Positions 32,028 through 44,353 of a stretch of 64,000 nt of DNA are shown here, one piece after another. Location: NCBI GenBank assembly GCA_963768655.1, contig CAVYIM010000005.1, forward strand, positions 416,001 to 480,000, given 5' to 3'. Positions within the stretch are counted from its first letter, which is position 1. Each line of letters begins with the position of its first letter. Under the pieces are notes generated by a model, which did not search any database, was not told where the DNA came from, and saw only the letters and a list, made by a program, of their open reading frames with translations. The stretch comes from an uncultured Chloroflexia bacterium. GTDB lineage: Bacteria; Chloroflexota; Limnocylindria; Limnocylindrales; CSP1-4. Made by a program: the position numbers and the translations under genes.

Positions 32028-34048
32028 GCACGACTCCTGCCGGCCTCCGGCGGGGCGGCCGGCGGTACGCCGGCATCGACCGAAAGCGCGGCATCGACCG
32101 CCGGGCCGGCCAGCGTGCCGGGCAGCAGTTCATCCGCCGCCCCGGCCGGCGGCGCCTCCGCCCCGGCCGGCGCCGCGTCGGCCACGCCGGCCCGCGCAGC
32201 CCTCCGCCGCCGCGGCCCGGGCTCGGCAGGCTGCGACGCGAGGGCGGTCTCCGCGGCGGGTTCGAGCGCCGCCGGCTCAGGCGACGTGGCGTCCACGGGC
32301 GCAGCAGCGACGAGTGGACGGTCACCGGCGCGCTGGCTCGAAGCCTCATATAGAAGGATCGAGCCGGCGACCGAGGCGTTGAGAGAACTCACCTTGCCGC
32401 GCATCGGGATCCGGACGACGGTGTCGCAGCGGCGACGGACCGCAGGTCCGAGACCCTGGCCCTCGCTGCCGATTACGATCGCCACCGGTCCGCGCAGATC
32501 GGCCTGACGGGCGGTCAGCGGGGCGTCGGCGTCTGAGCCGATTATCCGCAGACCGCGGACGTGCAGGTCCGTCAGCGCATCGGCCAGATCGTCGACGGGA
32601 ACCAGGAGCAGGTGCTCCACGGCTCCGGCCGAAGCCTTGATGGCGGCGGCCGAAAGCGGCGCCTGGCGATGGGTCGGGTAGACCACGCCCTGCACGCCGC
32701 AGGCCTCGGCGGTTCGCAGCAACGAGCCGAAGTTCTGCGGATCCTCGAAGGAGTCGAGGACGATCACAAACGGCGGTTCCCCGCGCTCGATCGCGCGCGC
32801 GAGGAGGTCGTCGAGGCCGGCGTACTGGCGGCGGTCGGTGACGAGGGCGATGCCCTGGTGGCCGTCGAATCCGGCCAGGGACGTCAGCGTTCCCCCTTCG
32901 ACCTCGATTATCGGAATGCGCAGGTTGGTCGCGTGCAGGACCAGCTTCTCCAGAGCCTGGCGGCGCTGCGGCACGACGAGCAGGCGCAAGGCCTTGCGGT
33001 GGGCGATGAATGCTTCCTCGACCGGGTGGCGGCCGGCGACGATTTCCTCTTCTTCGCCGAGGAGATCGGCAAGGGGCGGAGGGGCGGGCGGCCGCGGCCA
33101 ATCGGCCGTCGGAGGCGGCGTGGGGCGGGGCTGGTGGCGATCCTGGTAGCCGCCCGACCGGGCACGGTAGTCGGGGTAGCCGCCCGACCGGGCACGGTAG
33201 TCGGGGCGGCGCGGGGGCCCCGGCCGGCGGGCGGACGGCCCGGAGAGCTCCGGCGGCTCAGCGGATTCGGCCGGTCCGGGGCCGGCGGCGCCGGGCGGCA
33301 GGTCGTCGAAGTCGCGATCGGGCGGCGCGGGACGAGGCGGGCGTTGGGGCGCCGCATCCGGGCGGTGCTCGCCAAAGCCGAAGCCACCACGCTCCGGATG
33401 AGGTCCGGCAGCTCCGGGGCGGGGGCCGCCGTACGCGCGACGCGGGCCGGCGAATCCGGGGCGGGGGCCGGCGAACCCGGGGCGCGGGCCGGTGTGCCCA
33501 AACGGGCGCGACGGGCGCGGCGCCCACGCGTCGTTGGGCTGCCACTCCCGGCCGGGGGCGCGGTACTGACCTTCATCCCTTCTGTCTTCGGGGCGCCCCT
33601 CGGAAGGGCCGGGCCCCGGACCGCCGGAGCCTGGACCTCCCGGCTTGTGACCACCGTGCTGCGGGCGAGAGTCGCCCGGCCGCGGACCGCCGAAACCCGG
33701 GCGCGGGCCGCCGTACGGGTAGCCGCCCGGGCGCGGGCCGGCGTGGCCGAAGCCGGGGCCACCCTGGCCGGGCCCGTAGTAGTCGGGGCGCGGCCCGTCT
33801 GGGCGCCGGCCTCTGAAGCCCCCGGCGCTCGGCCCGTCGGGTCGCGATCCGAACGACTTCGGGCCCTCGAACCCTGCTCCGTCCGGCCGCGGACCCTCGG
33901 CGCGTGGACCTGGGGCACGCTTACCCCGGCCGCTCGGACCCGGGGCGCTCGAACCCTCGCCGCGAGGGCTGTCCGGGCGCGGCTTCCTGGCGCCGGGCTT
34001 TCGGCCTCCGGCGTGCTCGTCGCCGGGCTTGTGTCGATGGTCAGGCAA
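32024..34048 (-). CDS. rlmB: 23S rRNA (Gm2251) 2'-O-methyltransferase RlmB (SPOUT/TrmH family) with long disordered N-terminus
   Basis: GRHPVEEA, HQGI, DPQNFGSLLRTA, GSEGQG, IPMRGKVSSLNASVA; follows cysS. Confidence 0.9.
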   Translation of the reverse strand: MPDHRHKPGDEHAGGRKPGARKPRPDSPRGEGSSAPGPSGRGKRAPGPRAEGPRPDGAGFEGPKSFGSRPDGPSAGGFRGRRPDGPRPDYYGPGQGGPGFGHAGPRPGGYPYGGPRPGFGGPRPGDSRPQHGGHKPGGPGSGGPGPGPSEGRPEDRRDEGQYRAPGREWQPNDAWAPRPSRPFGHTGPRPGFAGPRPGFAGPRRAYGGPRPGAAGPHPERGGFGFGEHRPDAAPQRPPRPAPPDRDFDDLPPGAAGPGPAESAEPPELSGPSARRPGPPRRPDYRARSGGYPDYRARSGGYQDRHQPRPTPPPTADWPRPPAPPPLADLLGEEEEIVAGRHPVEEAFIAHRKALRLLVVPQRRQALEKLVLHATNLRIPIIEVEGGTLTSLAGFDGHQGIALVTDRRQYAGLDDLLARAIERGEPPFVIVLDSFEDPQNFGSLLRTAEACGVQGVVYPTHRQAPLSAAAIKASAGAVEHLLLVPVDDLADALTDLHVRGLRIIGSDADAPLTARQADLRGPVAIVIGSEGQGLGPAVRRRCDTVVRIPMRGKVSSLNASVAGSILLYEASSQRAGDRPLVAAAPVDATSPEPAALEPAAETALASQPAEPGPRRRRAARAGVADAAPAGAEAPPAGAADELLPGTLAGPAVDAALSVDAGVPPAAPPEAGRSRA
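33146..33205 (-). repeat. exact 30-nt tandem duplication (PDYRARSGGY x2) in the rlmB extension
   Basis: gtagccgcccgaccgggcacggtagtcggg repeated twice. Confidence 0.9.
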
Positions 34049-34099
34049 GATTCGCCAATCTCTCTCTGCGTGCCATTGGGCGCGCCGCTATCGCAGGCG

Positions 34100-35494
34100 T
34101 CAGGCGCGGCGCCAGCGCTGGCCGTCGCGAGTATCTTCGACCAGGATGCCGCGCTCGGCCAGAACCGTCCGGAGGCGATCTGAGGCCGCCCAGTCTCGAC
34201 CGGCTCGGGCGGCAGCTCGATCATCGATGAGTTTCTGCAGCTCGGCGTCCAGCGCGTCTTCGACGACGGGCGCAATCCCCAGCACCCGATCGAGGTCGCG
34301 CAGGAAGTCAGTCGCGCGCCCGGCGTCGGCCGTCGAGAGCGTCCGTGCGTCGATCCGCCGGTTCAGTTCGCGAACCAGCTCGAACACGGCCGCCAGGGCC
34401 GCCGAGATGTTCAGGTCGTCGTCCAGGGCCGCTTCGAAGGCTTCTCGCGTCCCGTCCAGTATTGTCGGCAGCATGGCATCGTCCCGGCAGTCGTTGCTGT
34501 ATGCCGCCAGGGCGGCGAACAGCGCGTCCAGTCGATCGATCGCCGAGCTCGCCGCCGCCAGCGAGTCCTCGCCGAACGAGAGCGCCATCCGGTAGTGGGC
34601 CGAGATCAGCGCCAGGCGGAGGGCGCGGGGAGAGACACCCCGGGCCAGCACGTCTCCGACGCGATCGATGTTGCCGAGCGATTTCGACATCTTCTCGCCG
34701 CCCATCTGGAGGTGGGCGCAGTGCAGCCAGTAGTTCACGAAGGTCTCGCCCGTGGCCGCCTCGCTCTGGGCGAGCTCATCCTGGTGGTGCGGGAAGATCA
34801 GGTCTACTCCGCCGGTGTGGATGTCGAACGTCTGGCCGAGGTAAGCCATGCTCATGGCCGAGCATTCGATGTGCCAGCCGGGCCGGCCGGGCCCGATCGA
34901 CGTCTCCCAGCTCGGCTCGTCAGCTTTCGGCCCCTTCCACAGCGCGAAGTCCCGAACGTCGTCCTTGCCGTAGTCGTCGGCCTCGACCCGCTCGCCGACC
35001 CGCAGGCCCGAGGGGTCCAGGCGCGCGAGCCGCCCGTACTCCGGCCAGGAGGCGATCCGGAAGAAGATCGAGCCGTCGTCGGTCTTGTAGGCGTGGCCGC
35101 GCTCGATGAGCTTCTCGATCAGCGCGACCATCTGGGGGATGTGCTCGGTGGCCTTTGGCATCACGTCCGGCCTGGTCATGCCCAGGATCGAGGCATCCTC
35201 GAGGAGGAGGCATGTGAACCTCTCCGAGAGCTCGCCGATCGAGATGCCGGCGGCGTCGGCGCCCTTGATGATCCGATCGTCCACGTCGGTGACGTTCATC
35301 ACCCACGTCACCCGCAGGCCGCGATAGCGCAGGTAGCGGACCAGCAGGTCGGCGAACAGGAACGACCGAAAGTTGCCGACGTGGGCCGGGCCGTAGACGG
35401 TGGGGCCGCAGCTGTAGACGCGGACGTGGCCAGGCTCCAGCGGCACCAGCTCGCGCGCCGCGCCGGCCATCGTGTCGTGGAGCCGGATCGTCAT
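34100..35494 (-). CDS. cysS: cysteine--tRNA ligase
   Basis: Start MTIRLHDT; CGPTVY, HVGN, DFALWK, GRPGWHIECSAM, KMSKS. Confidence 0.97.
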   Translation of the reverse strand: MTIRLHDTMAGAARELVPLEPGHVRVYSCGPTVYGPAHVGNFRSFLFADLLVRYLRYRGLRVTWVMNVTDVDDRIIKGADAAGISIGELSERFTCLLLEDASILGMTRPDVMPKATEHIPQMVALIEKLIERGHAYKTDDGSIFFRIASWPEYGRLARLDPSGLRVGERVEADDYGKDDVRDFALWKGPKADEPSWETSIGPGRPGWHIECSAMSMAYLGQTFDIHTGGVDLIFPHHQDELAQSEAATGETFVNYWLHCAHLQMGGEKMSKSLGNIDRVGDVLARGVSPRALRLALISAHYRMALSFGEDSLAAASSAIDRLDALFAALAAYSNDCRDDAMLPTILDGTREAFEAALDDDLNISAALAAVFELVRELNRRIDARTLSTADAGRATDFLRDLDRVLGIAPVVEDALDAELQKLIDDRAAARAGRDWAASDRLRTVLAERGILVEDTRDGQRWRRA

Positions 35495-36828
35495 GGCCGC
35501 TCTCCTCCCGCCGGGTGGCCGCCGCGCGGCGCGAGCCAGGCGATGGCGCTGGCGGAGATCGAGCGCCCGCCGCCTTCGGAACCCTCCAGGTTTCCAGTCG
35601 AAGCCTTGACGTTGACCGCACCCGCGTCCATGCCCACGATCGCGGCGATCGCCGCGGCCATCTCCGGCAGCAACTCCGCCAGGCGCGGGCGCGAAGCGAC
35701 GATCGTCATGTCGATGTTCACCGGACGCCAGCCGGCGGCCCAAATCTCCTCTGCAACCCTGCCCAGCAGAACGCGGCTGTCGATCCCGACGGGCGTGCGA
35801 GAGTCGGCCGGGAAGAGCCGGCCCAGGTCGCCGAGTCCAGCCGCACCGAGCAACGCGTCGGCGACGGCGTGCAGGGCGACGTCCCCGTCCGAATGCCCGG
35901 CCAGTCTGGGCGCGCCGGCGATCGTCAGGCCACCCAGGACGAGAGGCTCGCCGGGGCCGAAGGGATGGCCATCGGTGCCGAGCCCGACGCGGCCGGACAG
36001 CCGGCGCCCGGCCGCAGTCGCCTCGCCGGCGAGCGCAGCCGAAGCCGGACGGCCTGGCACGAGGCCGCCGTCGAGCATGGCTCGGGCGCGTTCGAGGTCG
36101 ACTGGCACGGTGACCTTCAGATTCGTCGCTTCGCCGCTGATTGCGTGGACGGAGATTCTACAGGCCTCCAGCAGGGAAGCTTCATCGGTCCAGGTCTCGG
36201 GACCGTCGGGAGGGTATGCGGCGTAGGCGCGCTCGAGCAGGCTGCGTCGCACGCCCTGCGGGGTCTGCGCCGCCACGACACCCGTTCGATCGACGGTGGC
36301 GCCGACCCGATCGCCGTCCAGCCGCTTGAGCGTCTCGCTCACTGGCAGCACCGGGATCGCCGCCCCGTGGCTGGCGGTCGCCTCAGCCACCGCCACAACC
36401 AGCGCGGGGCTGACCAGCGGCCGGGCCGCGTCGTGGACGAGAATCACCGGGTCGCTGGCCTTCGCCGCTTCGCCGGGCCTGCCGCCGGGCGTCCTGCCCG
36501 CGCTGGCGGCGCCTCCCTCGGCCAGGGCCGCCACGCCCGCGGCGACGGACTCCTGGCGCCGCTTCCCGCCGGCAACCACGGCCACCACCGAGTCCGGCAG
36601 CCAATTCGCGGCGGCGATCTCGGGGATCCGCGCCGGGGACGTAACGACGACGATCCGCTCGGCACCGGCCGCGGCGAGCGCCTCGATCGACCAGCGCAGG
36701 ATGGTTCGGCCTTGCAGCTCCGCGTCGAGCTTGTCCAGGCCGCCCATTCGACGGCTGGCGCCTGCGGCTACGACGACCGCCTCGATCGGATCGGCGGCCC
36801 CGGCCGGCGGGCTCCTGCGAGCGCTCAC
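35491..36828 (-). CDS. ispDF: bifunctional IspD/IspF (MEP pathway)
   Basis: AAGASRRMG, HDAARP, QTPQ, NLKVT followed by GHSDGDV..HA..DALLGA, NVKA. Confidence 0.95.
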   Translation of the reverse strand: MSARRSPPAGAADPIEAVVVAAGASRRMGGLDKLDAELQGRTILRWSIEALAAAGAERIVVVTSPARIPEIAAANWLPDSVVAVVAGGKRRQESVAAGVAALAEGGAASAGRTPGGRPGEAAKASDPVILVHDAARPLVSPALVVAVAEATASHGAAIPVLPVSETLKRLDGDRVGATVDRTGVVAAQTPQGVRRSLLERAYAAYPPDGPETWTDEASLLEACRISVHAISGEATNLKVTVPVDLERARAMLDGGLVPGRPASAALAGEATAAGRRLSGRVGLGTDGHPFGPGEPLVLGGLTIAGAPRLAGHSDGDVALHAVADALLGAAGLGDLGRLFPADSRTPVGIDSRVLLGRVAEEIWAAGWRPVNIDMTIVASRPRLAELLPEMAAAIAAIVGMDAGAVNVKASTGNLEGSEGGGRSISASAIAWLAPRGGHPAGGERP

Positions 36829-37883
36829 TCCGGGTGCATCTGCGCGAAGACCATCCGGCCCATGACCGTCTGGAGAACGCGCGTGACCACGACGTCGAGC
36901 TCGGCGCCGACAAAGCGAGAGCCGCCTTCGATCACGACCATCGTGCCGTCGTCCAGGTAGCCGACTCCCTGGCCCTGCTCCTTGCCCTCGGTGATGATCT
37001 TGATTCGAAGCGGGTCGCCGGGCAGCAATGCCGGTTTGAGCGCGTTCGCGAGCGAGTTGATGTTCAGGACACGGATGGACTGCAGGTCCGCGACGCGGTT
37101 GAGGTTGAAGTCGTTGGTGAGGATCGCGGCGCCTCTGGCGCGGGCCATCGCCACCAGCTTGCTGTCTACGTCGCCGGCCTCCACCGGATCGTCGGTCACG
37201 ATCTCGACCGGCGTCGGGCCTTCCTTCTGAAGGCGGGCCAGGATCTCCAGGCCGCGCCGGCCCCTGCCGCGCCGCTGTGAGTCGGAGCTGTCCGCTATCC
37301 GCTGCAACTCTTCGAGGACGAAGTGCGGGATGACGAGCTTGTGATACAGGAAGCCCGAGTCGACGATGTCGGCGATACGGCCGTCGATGATGGCGCTGGT
37401 GTCGACGACGACTTCCGTCTGACCGCCCTGGCTCCCGCCCGAGACCGGGCTCTCGCCGCGCAGCAGCCCTGCGGCCTGTGCGGCGGCCACCAGGTCCTCG
37501 CGTTTGGCCACGGTCAGCCCGAGCATGCCGAGCCCGAAGCAGATGGAGACGCCGATCGGCAGGTAATGGCCGAACGGCTCGGGCAGAGCCGCCAGCGGAA
37601 GGCCGAGAAGCAGGGCGATCAAGAGGCCGAGCAGGAGCCCGACCACGGCCGCAACGAATTCGGCTGTGGACATCGCCTGGACTTCGCGGATCAGCCGGCC
37701 CGCGGGAACGACGGACAGGTACGGCAGCAGCAGGAAGCCGACCGAAACCCAGGCCAGAACCCAGACCAGGATGATCAGAGTCGCGGAGCCGGTGTTCTCG
37801 AACAGCTTCTCATCGGCAAACACGAACGTGAGACTGATGAGCGCCCCGAGAGCCGCTCCGAGTAACCGAATGATGCGGACCAC
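36825..37883 (-). CDS. membrane PIN/TRAM-domain protein (YacL family)
   Basis: N-terminal TMs, DTSAIIDGRI, RGRRGL, TNDFNLNRVA, TRAM QGVGYLDDGTMVV; start uncertain. Confidence 0.92.
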   Translation of the reverse strand: MVRIIRLLGAALGALISLTFVFADEKLFENTGSATLIILVWVLAWVSVGFLLLPYLSVVPAGRLIREVQAMSTAEFVAAVVGLLLGLLIALLLGLPLAALPEPFGHYLPIGVSICFGLGMLGLTVAKREDLVAAAQAAGLLRGESPVSGGSQGGQTEVVVDTSAIIDGRIADIVDSGFLYHKLVIPHFVLEELQRIADSSDSQRRGRGRRGLEILARLQKEGPTPVEIVTDDPVEAGDVDSKLVAMARARGAAILTNDFNLNRVADLQSIRVLNINSLANALKPALLPGDPLRIKIITEGKEQGQGVGYLDDGTMVVIEGGSRFVGAELDVVVTRVLQTVMGRMVFAQMHPE

Positions 37884-38024
37884 GCTGTTTGCCTCGAGGG
37901 CCACCGGGGGCCGGGATGATGGATAAGAACGATAAATGGCGCTCCGGTGGAGTCAGCCTAGCATCGCGCCCGTTCCGCCGCCAGCATGGATCGTGCGGCT
38001 CGCCCGGTGAGCCCGCCGCCGCCT

Positions 38025-39449
38025 CTACTCCGGTCCGATCCCAGGGGCGGTCTCGTGAGACCCGCCCAGGGCGTGGCCGATCGCCTCCCGCAGGTTCGAG
38101 ACCGCCAGGACGGTCATGTCCTTCACCTCGGGCGGGTCACCGCGGCGTGACTTCGGCACGACCGCCGTCCGAAAGCCAAGCCTGGCCGCCTCGCGCAGGC
38201 GGCGCTCCAGGCCAGGCACCGGCCGCAACTCGCCCAGCAGGCCCACTTCCCCGATCGCTATCAGGTCCGCGGGAATCGGCCTGTCGCGCAGCGACGACGC
38301 CAGAGCCAGCGCCAGCGGAAGGTCCAGCCCGGGATCGGCCAGGTCCAGGCCGCCGGCGAGGTTCGCATAGACGTCGTGGCTGCCCAGGCCGACGCCGGCG
38401 CGACGCCCCAGCACCGCGATCAAGAGGGAGAGACGGTTCGCATCGATGCCCGAGGCAGTGCGGCGTGGGCTTCCGTACGCGCCCGGCGCCACCAGGCCCT
38501 GGACCTCGACCAGCAGCGGCCGGGTTCCTTCGAGCGTGGCGCCGACGACGCTGCCCGGGGCATGCTGCTCGGCACCGGCCAGAAAGGCCCGGCCGGGGTC
38601 GGCGACCTCGGCCAGACCGCGCTCGGCCATCTCGAACACACCGACCTCCTCGGTGGAGCCGAAGCGATTCTTCGTCGCGCGCAGGAGGCGCAGCGTCGCC
38701 GTCCGTTCCCCTTCCAGGCTCAGCACCGTGTCGACCAGGTGCTCCAGGGTCTTGGGGCCGGCCAGCGTTCCATCTTTGGTCACGTGGCCGACCACGATGA
38801 CCGCGATGCCGTCACCCTTCGCGAGCTCCATCAGCCGCAGCGCCGACTCGCGCACCTGGCCCACTGACCCCGCCGGCCCCTCGAGATCGTCCACGGTCAC
38901 GGTCTGGATCGAGTCCACGACCAGGACGCCCGGCCGGCTTTCGCGCGCCAGGGCCGAGATCCTGCCGACCTCGTTCTCCGCCACGACCCGGATCCGCTCG
39001 CCGGCCGTGCCCGCGAGCAGCCCCAGCCGGCCGGCTCGCAGCCGCACCTGGCCCGCCGACTCCTCGCCGGTGGCGTACAGGACCTCGCCGGCGGTTCCGG
39101 TCAGGCCGGCGGCTGCCTGCAGCAGCAGCGTGGACTTGCCGATCCCCGGCTCGCCGCCGAGCAGCACCACCGACCCGGGAACCAGCCCCCCGCCGAGGAC
39201 GCGGTCCAGCTCCGCGATGCCCGTGGGAGTGCGGACGAGCTCGGCTTCACGCAGGCCCGCCAGCGATTGCGGCGCGGCGCCGGACCCCGGCCCGGCGCCC
39301 GCCCGGGGCGCGCGCGCCTTGCGGTCGGGTTCGTGGACGAGCGTCTCGACGAGTGTGTTCCAGGCGCCGCAGGTCCGGCATTGTCCTTCCCAGCGGAGAT
39401 GGGCCGCGCCGCACGCCTGGCAGACGTAGCGGCTTTGCTGGCGTGCCAA
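38025..39449 (-). CDS. radA: DNA repair protein RadA/Sms
   Basis: C4 zinc finger, GGEPGIGKST, KNRFG motif. Confidence 0.97.
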   Translation of the reverse strand: MARQQSRYVCQACGAAHLRWEGQCRTCGAWNTLVETLVHEPDRKARAPRAGAGPGSGAAPQSLAGLREAELVRTPTGIAELDRVLGGGLVPGSVVLLGGEPGIGKSTLLLQAAAGLTGTAGEVLYATGEESAGQVRLRAGRLGLLAGTAGERIRVVAENEVGRISALARESRPGVLVVDSIQTVTVDDLEGPAGSVGQVRESALRLMELAKGDGIAVIVVGHVTKDGTLAGPKTLEHLVDTVLSLEGERTATLRLLRATKNRFGSTEEVGVFEMAERGLAEVADPGRAFLAGAEQHAPGSVVGATLEGTRPLLVEVQGLVAPGAYGSPRRTASGIDANRLSLLIAVLGRRAGVGLGSHDVYANLAGGLDLADPGLDLPLALALASSLRDRPIPADLIAIGEVGLLGELRPVPGLERRLREAARLGFRTAVVPKSRRGDPPEVKDMTVLAVSNLREAIGHALGGSHETAPGIGPE

Positions 39450-39465
39450 CCCCCTCGACCCCGCC

Positions 39466-41943
<2,478 letters not shown>

Positions 41944-42224
41944 CAACCTGAACGCCTGTTCTGTCTTTTCGCCGAGGGGCGACCGTGGGGCCATGCTAGC
42001 ACGCCCCGCCAGCGGTGTAACTCGCCCCAACCGGGGAGGGACTGGTGGCCCAGCGCGTGGGTCGGACCTTCGAGTGGCCACCCCCTCCCTGGGCTGTCCC
42101 GCGGTCAGGACGTGGTCGCCCGGGAGAGGCAGACGACCCGCCGGCGGGGCCGGCGGGTCGTCGGTTACGTCATGTCTGGCTGGTGTGAGCGGCAAGCGGC
42201 AGCGGATCTGCCGGCCGCCCGGAA

Positions 42225-44081
42225 CTAGGGCTGAGGCTCCTCGGTGGACGCTTCGGCATTGGCCTCGGCGGCCGCTTCGGCCGCGGCTTCGGCCTCGGCT
42301 GGCGCTTCGGCGGCCGCTTCGGCCGTGGCTTCGACGGGTGCCTCCGCCTCTGCCGCTGCCTCCGCTTCGACCTCGACGACAGTCTCGGCCTTGGGGGTCC
42401 TGGGGGCTCGGGCCGGCTTGGGCTTCGCCGACGCCGGCGCAGGCGCCGCTCTCGTTTCGGCGACCGGCGCCGCCTCGGCGGCCGGAGCGGCTTCTGCCGG
42501 AGTCTCGGTCGGGGCCGCGGCCTTCGCCTCGGACTCGGCGACCTGGGCCCGGATCTGCGCGAACGCAGATGCGAGCGTGTCGTCGATCCCGCCTTCGGGC
42601 TCCTGGACCGCGTCGGTCATCGAGTAGCCGCGTTCCGGGCGAGGACGTCGCTCCGGCCGCGGGGCCATGGTGATGGGTTGGACCGGCGCCTCGGGGACCG
42701 GCGGTCGAGCAGGCGGCTCCTCGGCTTGCTTGAGGCTGAGGCCGAGGCGATGTCGCTCGGAGTCGAGGGAGATGATCTTCAGCTTGATCGTCTGACCCTC
42801 GTGGACGACGTCGCCCGGATGAGCGACGCGCTGATGGGACAGCTCGGAGATGTGGATCAGGCCCTCGAGGCCGTCGCGCACTCGCACGAAGGCGCCGAAG
42901 TTCACGAGCTTGGTGACCGTGCCGTCGATGACGTCGCCAACCTTGAAGTCGGCGACCGTGGAGTGCCACGGGTCCGGCTGGAGCTTGCGGATCGACAGGC
43001 TGATGCGGCCGCGCTCGTGGTTGATGTCGATGACTTCTGCCTCGACCTGATCACCGACCTTGTATCCGGCCTCGGGGTTGTTGACCTTGTTCCACGAGAG
43101 CTCGCTCTTGTGGACCAGGCCGTCGATGCCGCCGAGGTCGATGAAGACGCCGAACGGCGCGATCGAGCGGACCGTGCCGCTGACCTTCTGGCCGATCTGG
43201 AGGCTGCTGAACAGCTCGTCCCGCTTCTCGCGGCGCTCTTCGTAGAGAGCGACCTTCTCGGAGAGGATCAGGCGGTTGGCCTTGCGGTTGACCTCGAGGA
43301 TCTTGAGGCGGAGCTTGCGGCCGACGTACGGCTGCAGCTTCTCTGCGATCTCTTGAGCCGCGTCGCGCGGTTGATCGTTCTGCGGGCGCCGCGGGAAGTC
43401 GACGATCTGGCTGATCGGGACGAAGCCGCGGATGCCGCAGTCGACGATGAGGCCACCTTTGTTGTGGTCGATGACGGGTGCGTCGATGATCGCCCCGGCC
43501 TCGAACTGCTCCTGCATCGAGCGCCACTTACGCTCGAGCCCGGCGCGTCGCAGGGAGAGGACCGCGTGGCCCTCCTGGGATTCCGGCTGAAGCACATAGA
43601 CGAGGACTACGTCCCCGACTGCCAGCGCCGGCGCGGATTCGGCATGCCGACCGTAGAGCTCGCGGTTCGAGACGACGCCCTCGCTCTTGGCTCCGATGTC
43701 GACGAGGATCTCGTCTCGATCGATCCGAACGACGGTGCCTTCGACGACGTCGCCGTGCTTGAAGCTCCGGATGTCCGCGTCCTGCTCGGCGAGCAACTCC
43801 TCCATGGTGGAGGGCTCCGGGCGCCGGATCACCGGCACCACCGGGCTAACTTCGGGCTCCTCGGCGGCCGGCGCGTCGGCGACCTCCGCTTCGCTCACCG
43901 CGACCGGTTCGAGCGGAGCCGGGGCGGGCGGCTCGACGCTTGTTTCGATCGTCGCGATGGGGCTCGTCTCGGCGGGCTCGTCGGCGATCGCTACGCCGGC
44001 GGCTTGCTCGGACGCCTGGTCAGCGATGGGGGCGGATGCCTCCATCTCCGGCGTGGTCCCGCCCGTCTGCTCCTCAGTCAA
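42225..44081 (-). CDS. rpsA: 30S ribosomal protein S1-like protein (4 S1 domains, acidic disordered tails)
   Basis: NKGGLIV..RGFVP.SQ, FGVFIDLGGIDGLVHKSEL, FGAFV..EGLIHISEL. Confidence 0.9.
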   Translation of the reverse strand: MTEEQTGGTTPEMEASAPIADQASEQAAGVAIADEPAETSPIATIETSVEPPAPAPLEPVAVSEAEVADAPAAEEPEVSPVVPVIRRPEPSTMEELLAEQDADIRSFKHGDVVEGTVVRIDRDEILVDIGAKSEGVVSNRELYGRHAESAPALAVGDVVLVYVLQPESQEGHAVLSLRRAGLERKWRSMQEQFEAGAIIDAPVIDHNKGGLIVDCGIRGFVPISQIVDFPRRPQNDQPRDAAQEIAEKLQPYVGRKLRLKILEVNRKANRLILSEKVALYEERREKRDELFSSLQIGQKVSGTVRSIAPFGVFIDLGGIDGLVHKSELSWNKVNNPEAGYKVGDQVEAEVIDINHERGRISLSIRKLQPDPWHSTVADFKVGDVIDGTVTKLVNFGAFVRVRDGLEGLIHISELSHQRVAHPGDVVHEGQTIKLKIISLDSERHRLGLSLKQAEEPPARPPVPEAPVQPITMAPRPERRPRPERGYSMTDAVQEPEGGIDDTLASAFAQIRAQVAESEAKAAAPTETPAEAAPAAEAAPVAETRAAPAPASAKPKPARAPRTPKAETVVEVEAEAAAEAEAPVEATAEAAAEAPAEAEAAAEAAAEANAEASTEEPQP

Positions 44082-44353
44082 GGCTATAAGTCTCCTAATG
44101 GATGGTCGCTGCCCCGAAAAGCAAGAACGGCTCGAGCCTCGCTCAAGCCGTCGATCAGATCAGCAGTCCGGAGGCTTTCGTGCGCTCGGTCCACTCCTTC
44201 GATCAGGCGAGGGCTCGGCTCTATACCAATCTTGCCCTAGGGCCGCGTGAATCTAGCACACACACCTGGGGTCAACAATCTAATGCCGAACGCCACGCGC
44301 GCGTGACCGAACCCGGATCGATCCCCCGGCCAGGCCCCCGTACAATCTGAGAC

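Noticed and set aside
33400-33900. GC-rich ~21-nt repeats that could suggest a CRISPR array
   Set aside because: In-frame coding repeats (GPRPGF) with no unique spacers and no cas genes.
41944-42969. 1167-aa ClpC with a 340-aa N-terminal extension in the ORF track
   Set aside because: The extension overlaps rpsA out of frame, and homology starts at MDRFDKF (41943). The same artefact inflates rplR, rplP, rplW, rpsL, nusG, cysS, tadA and the 55777 dehydrogenase.
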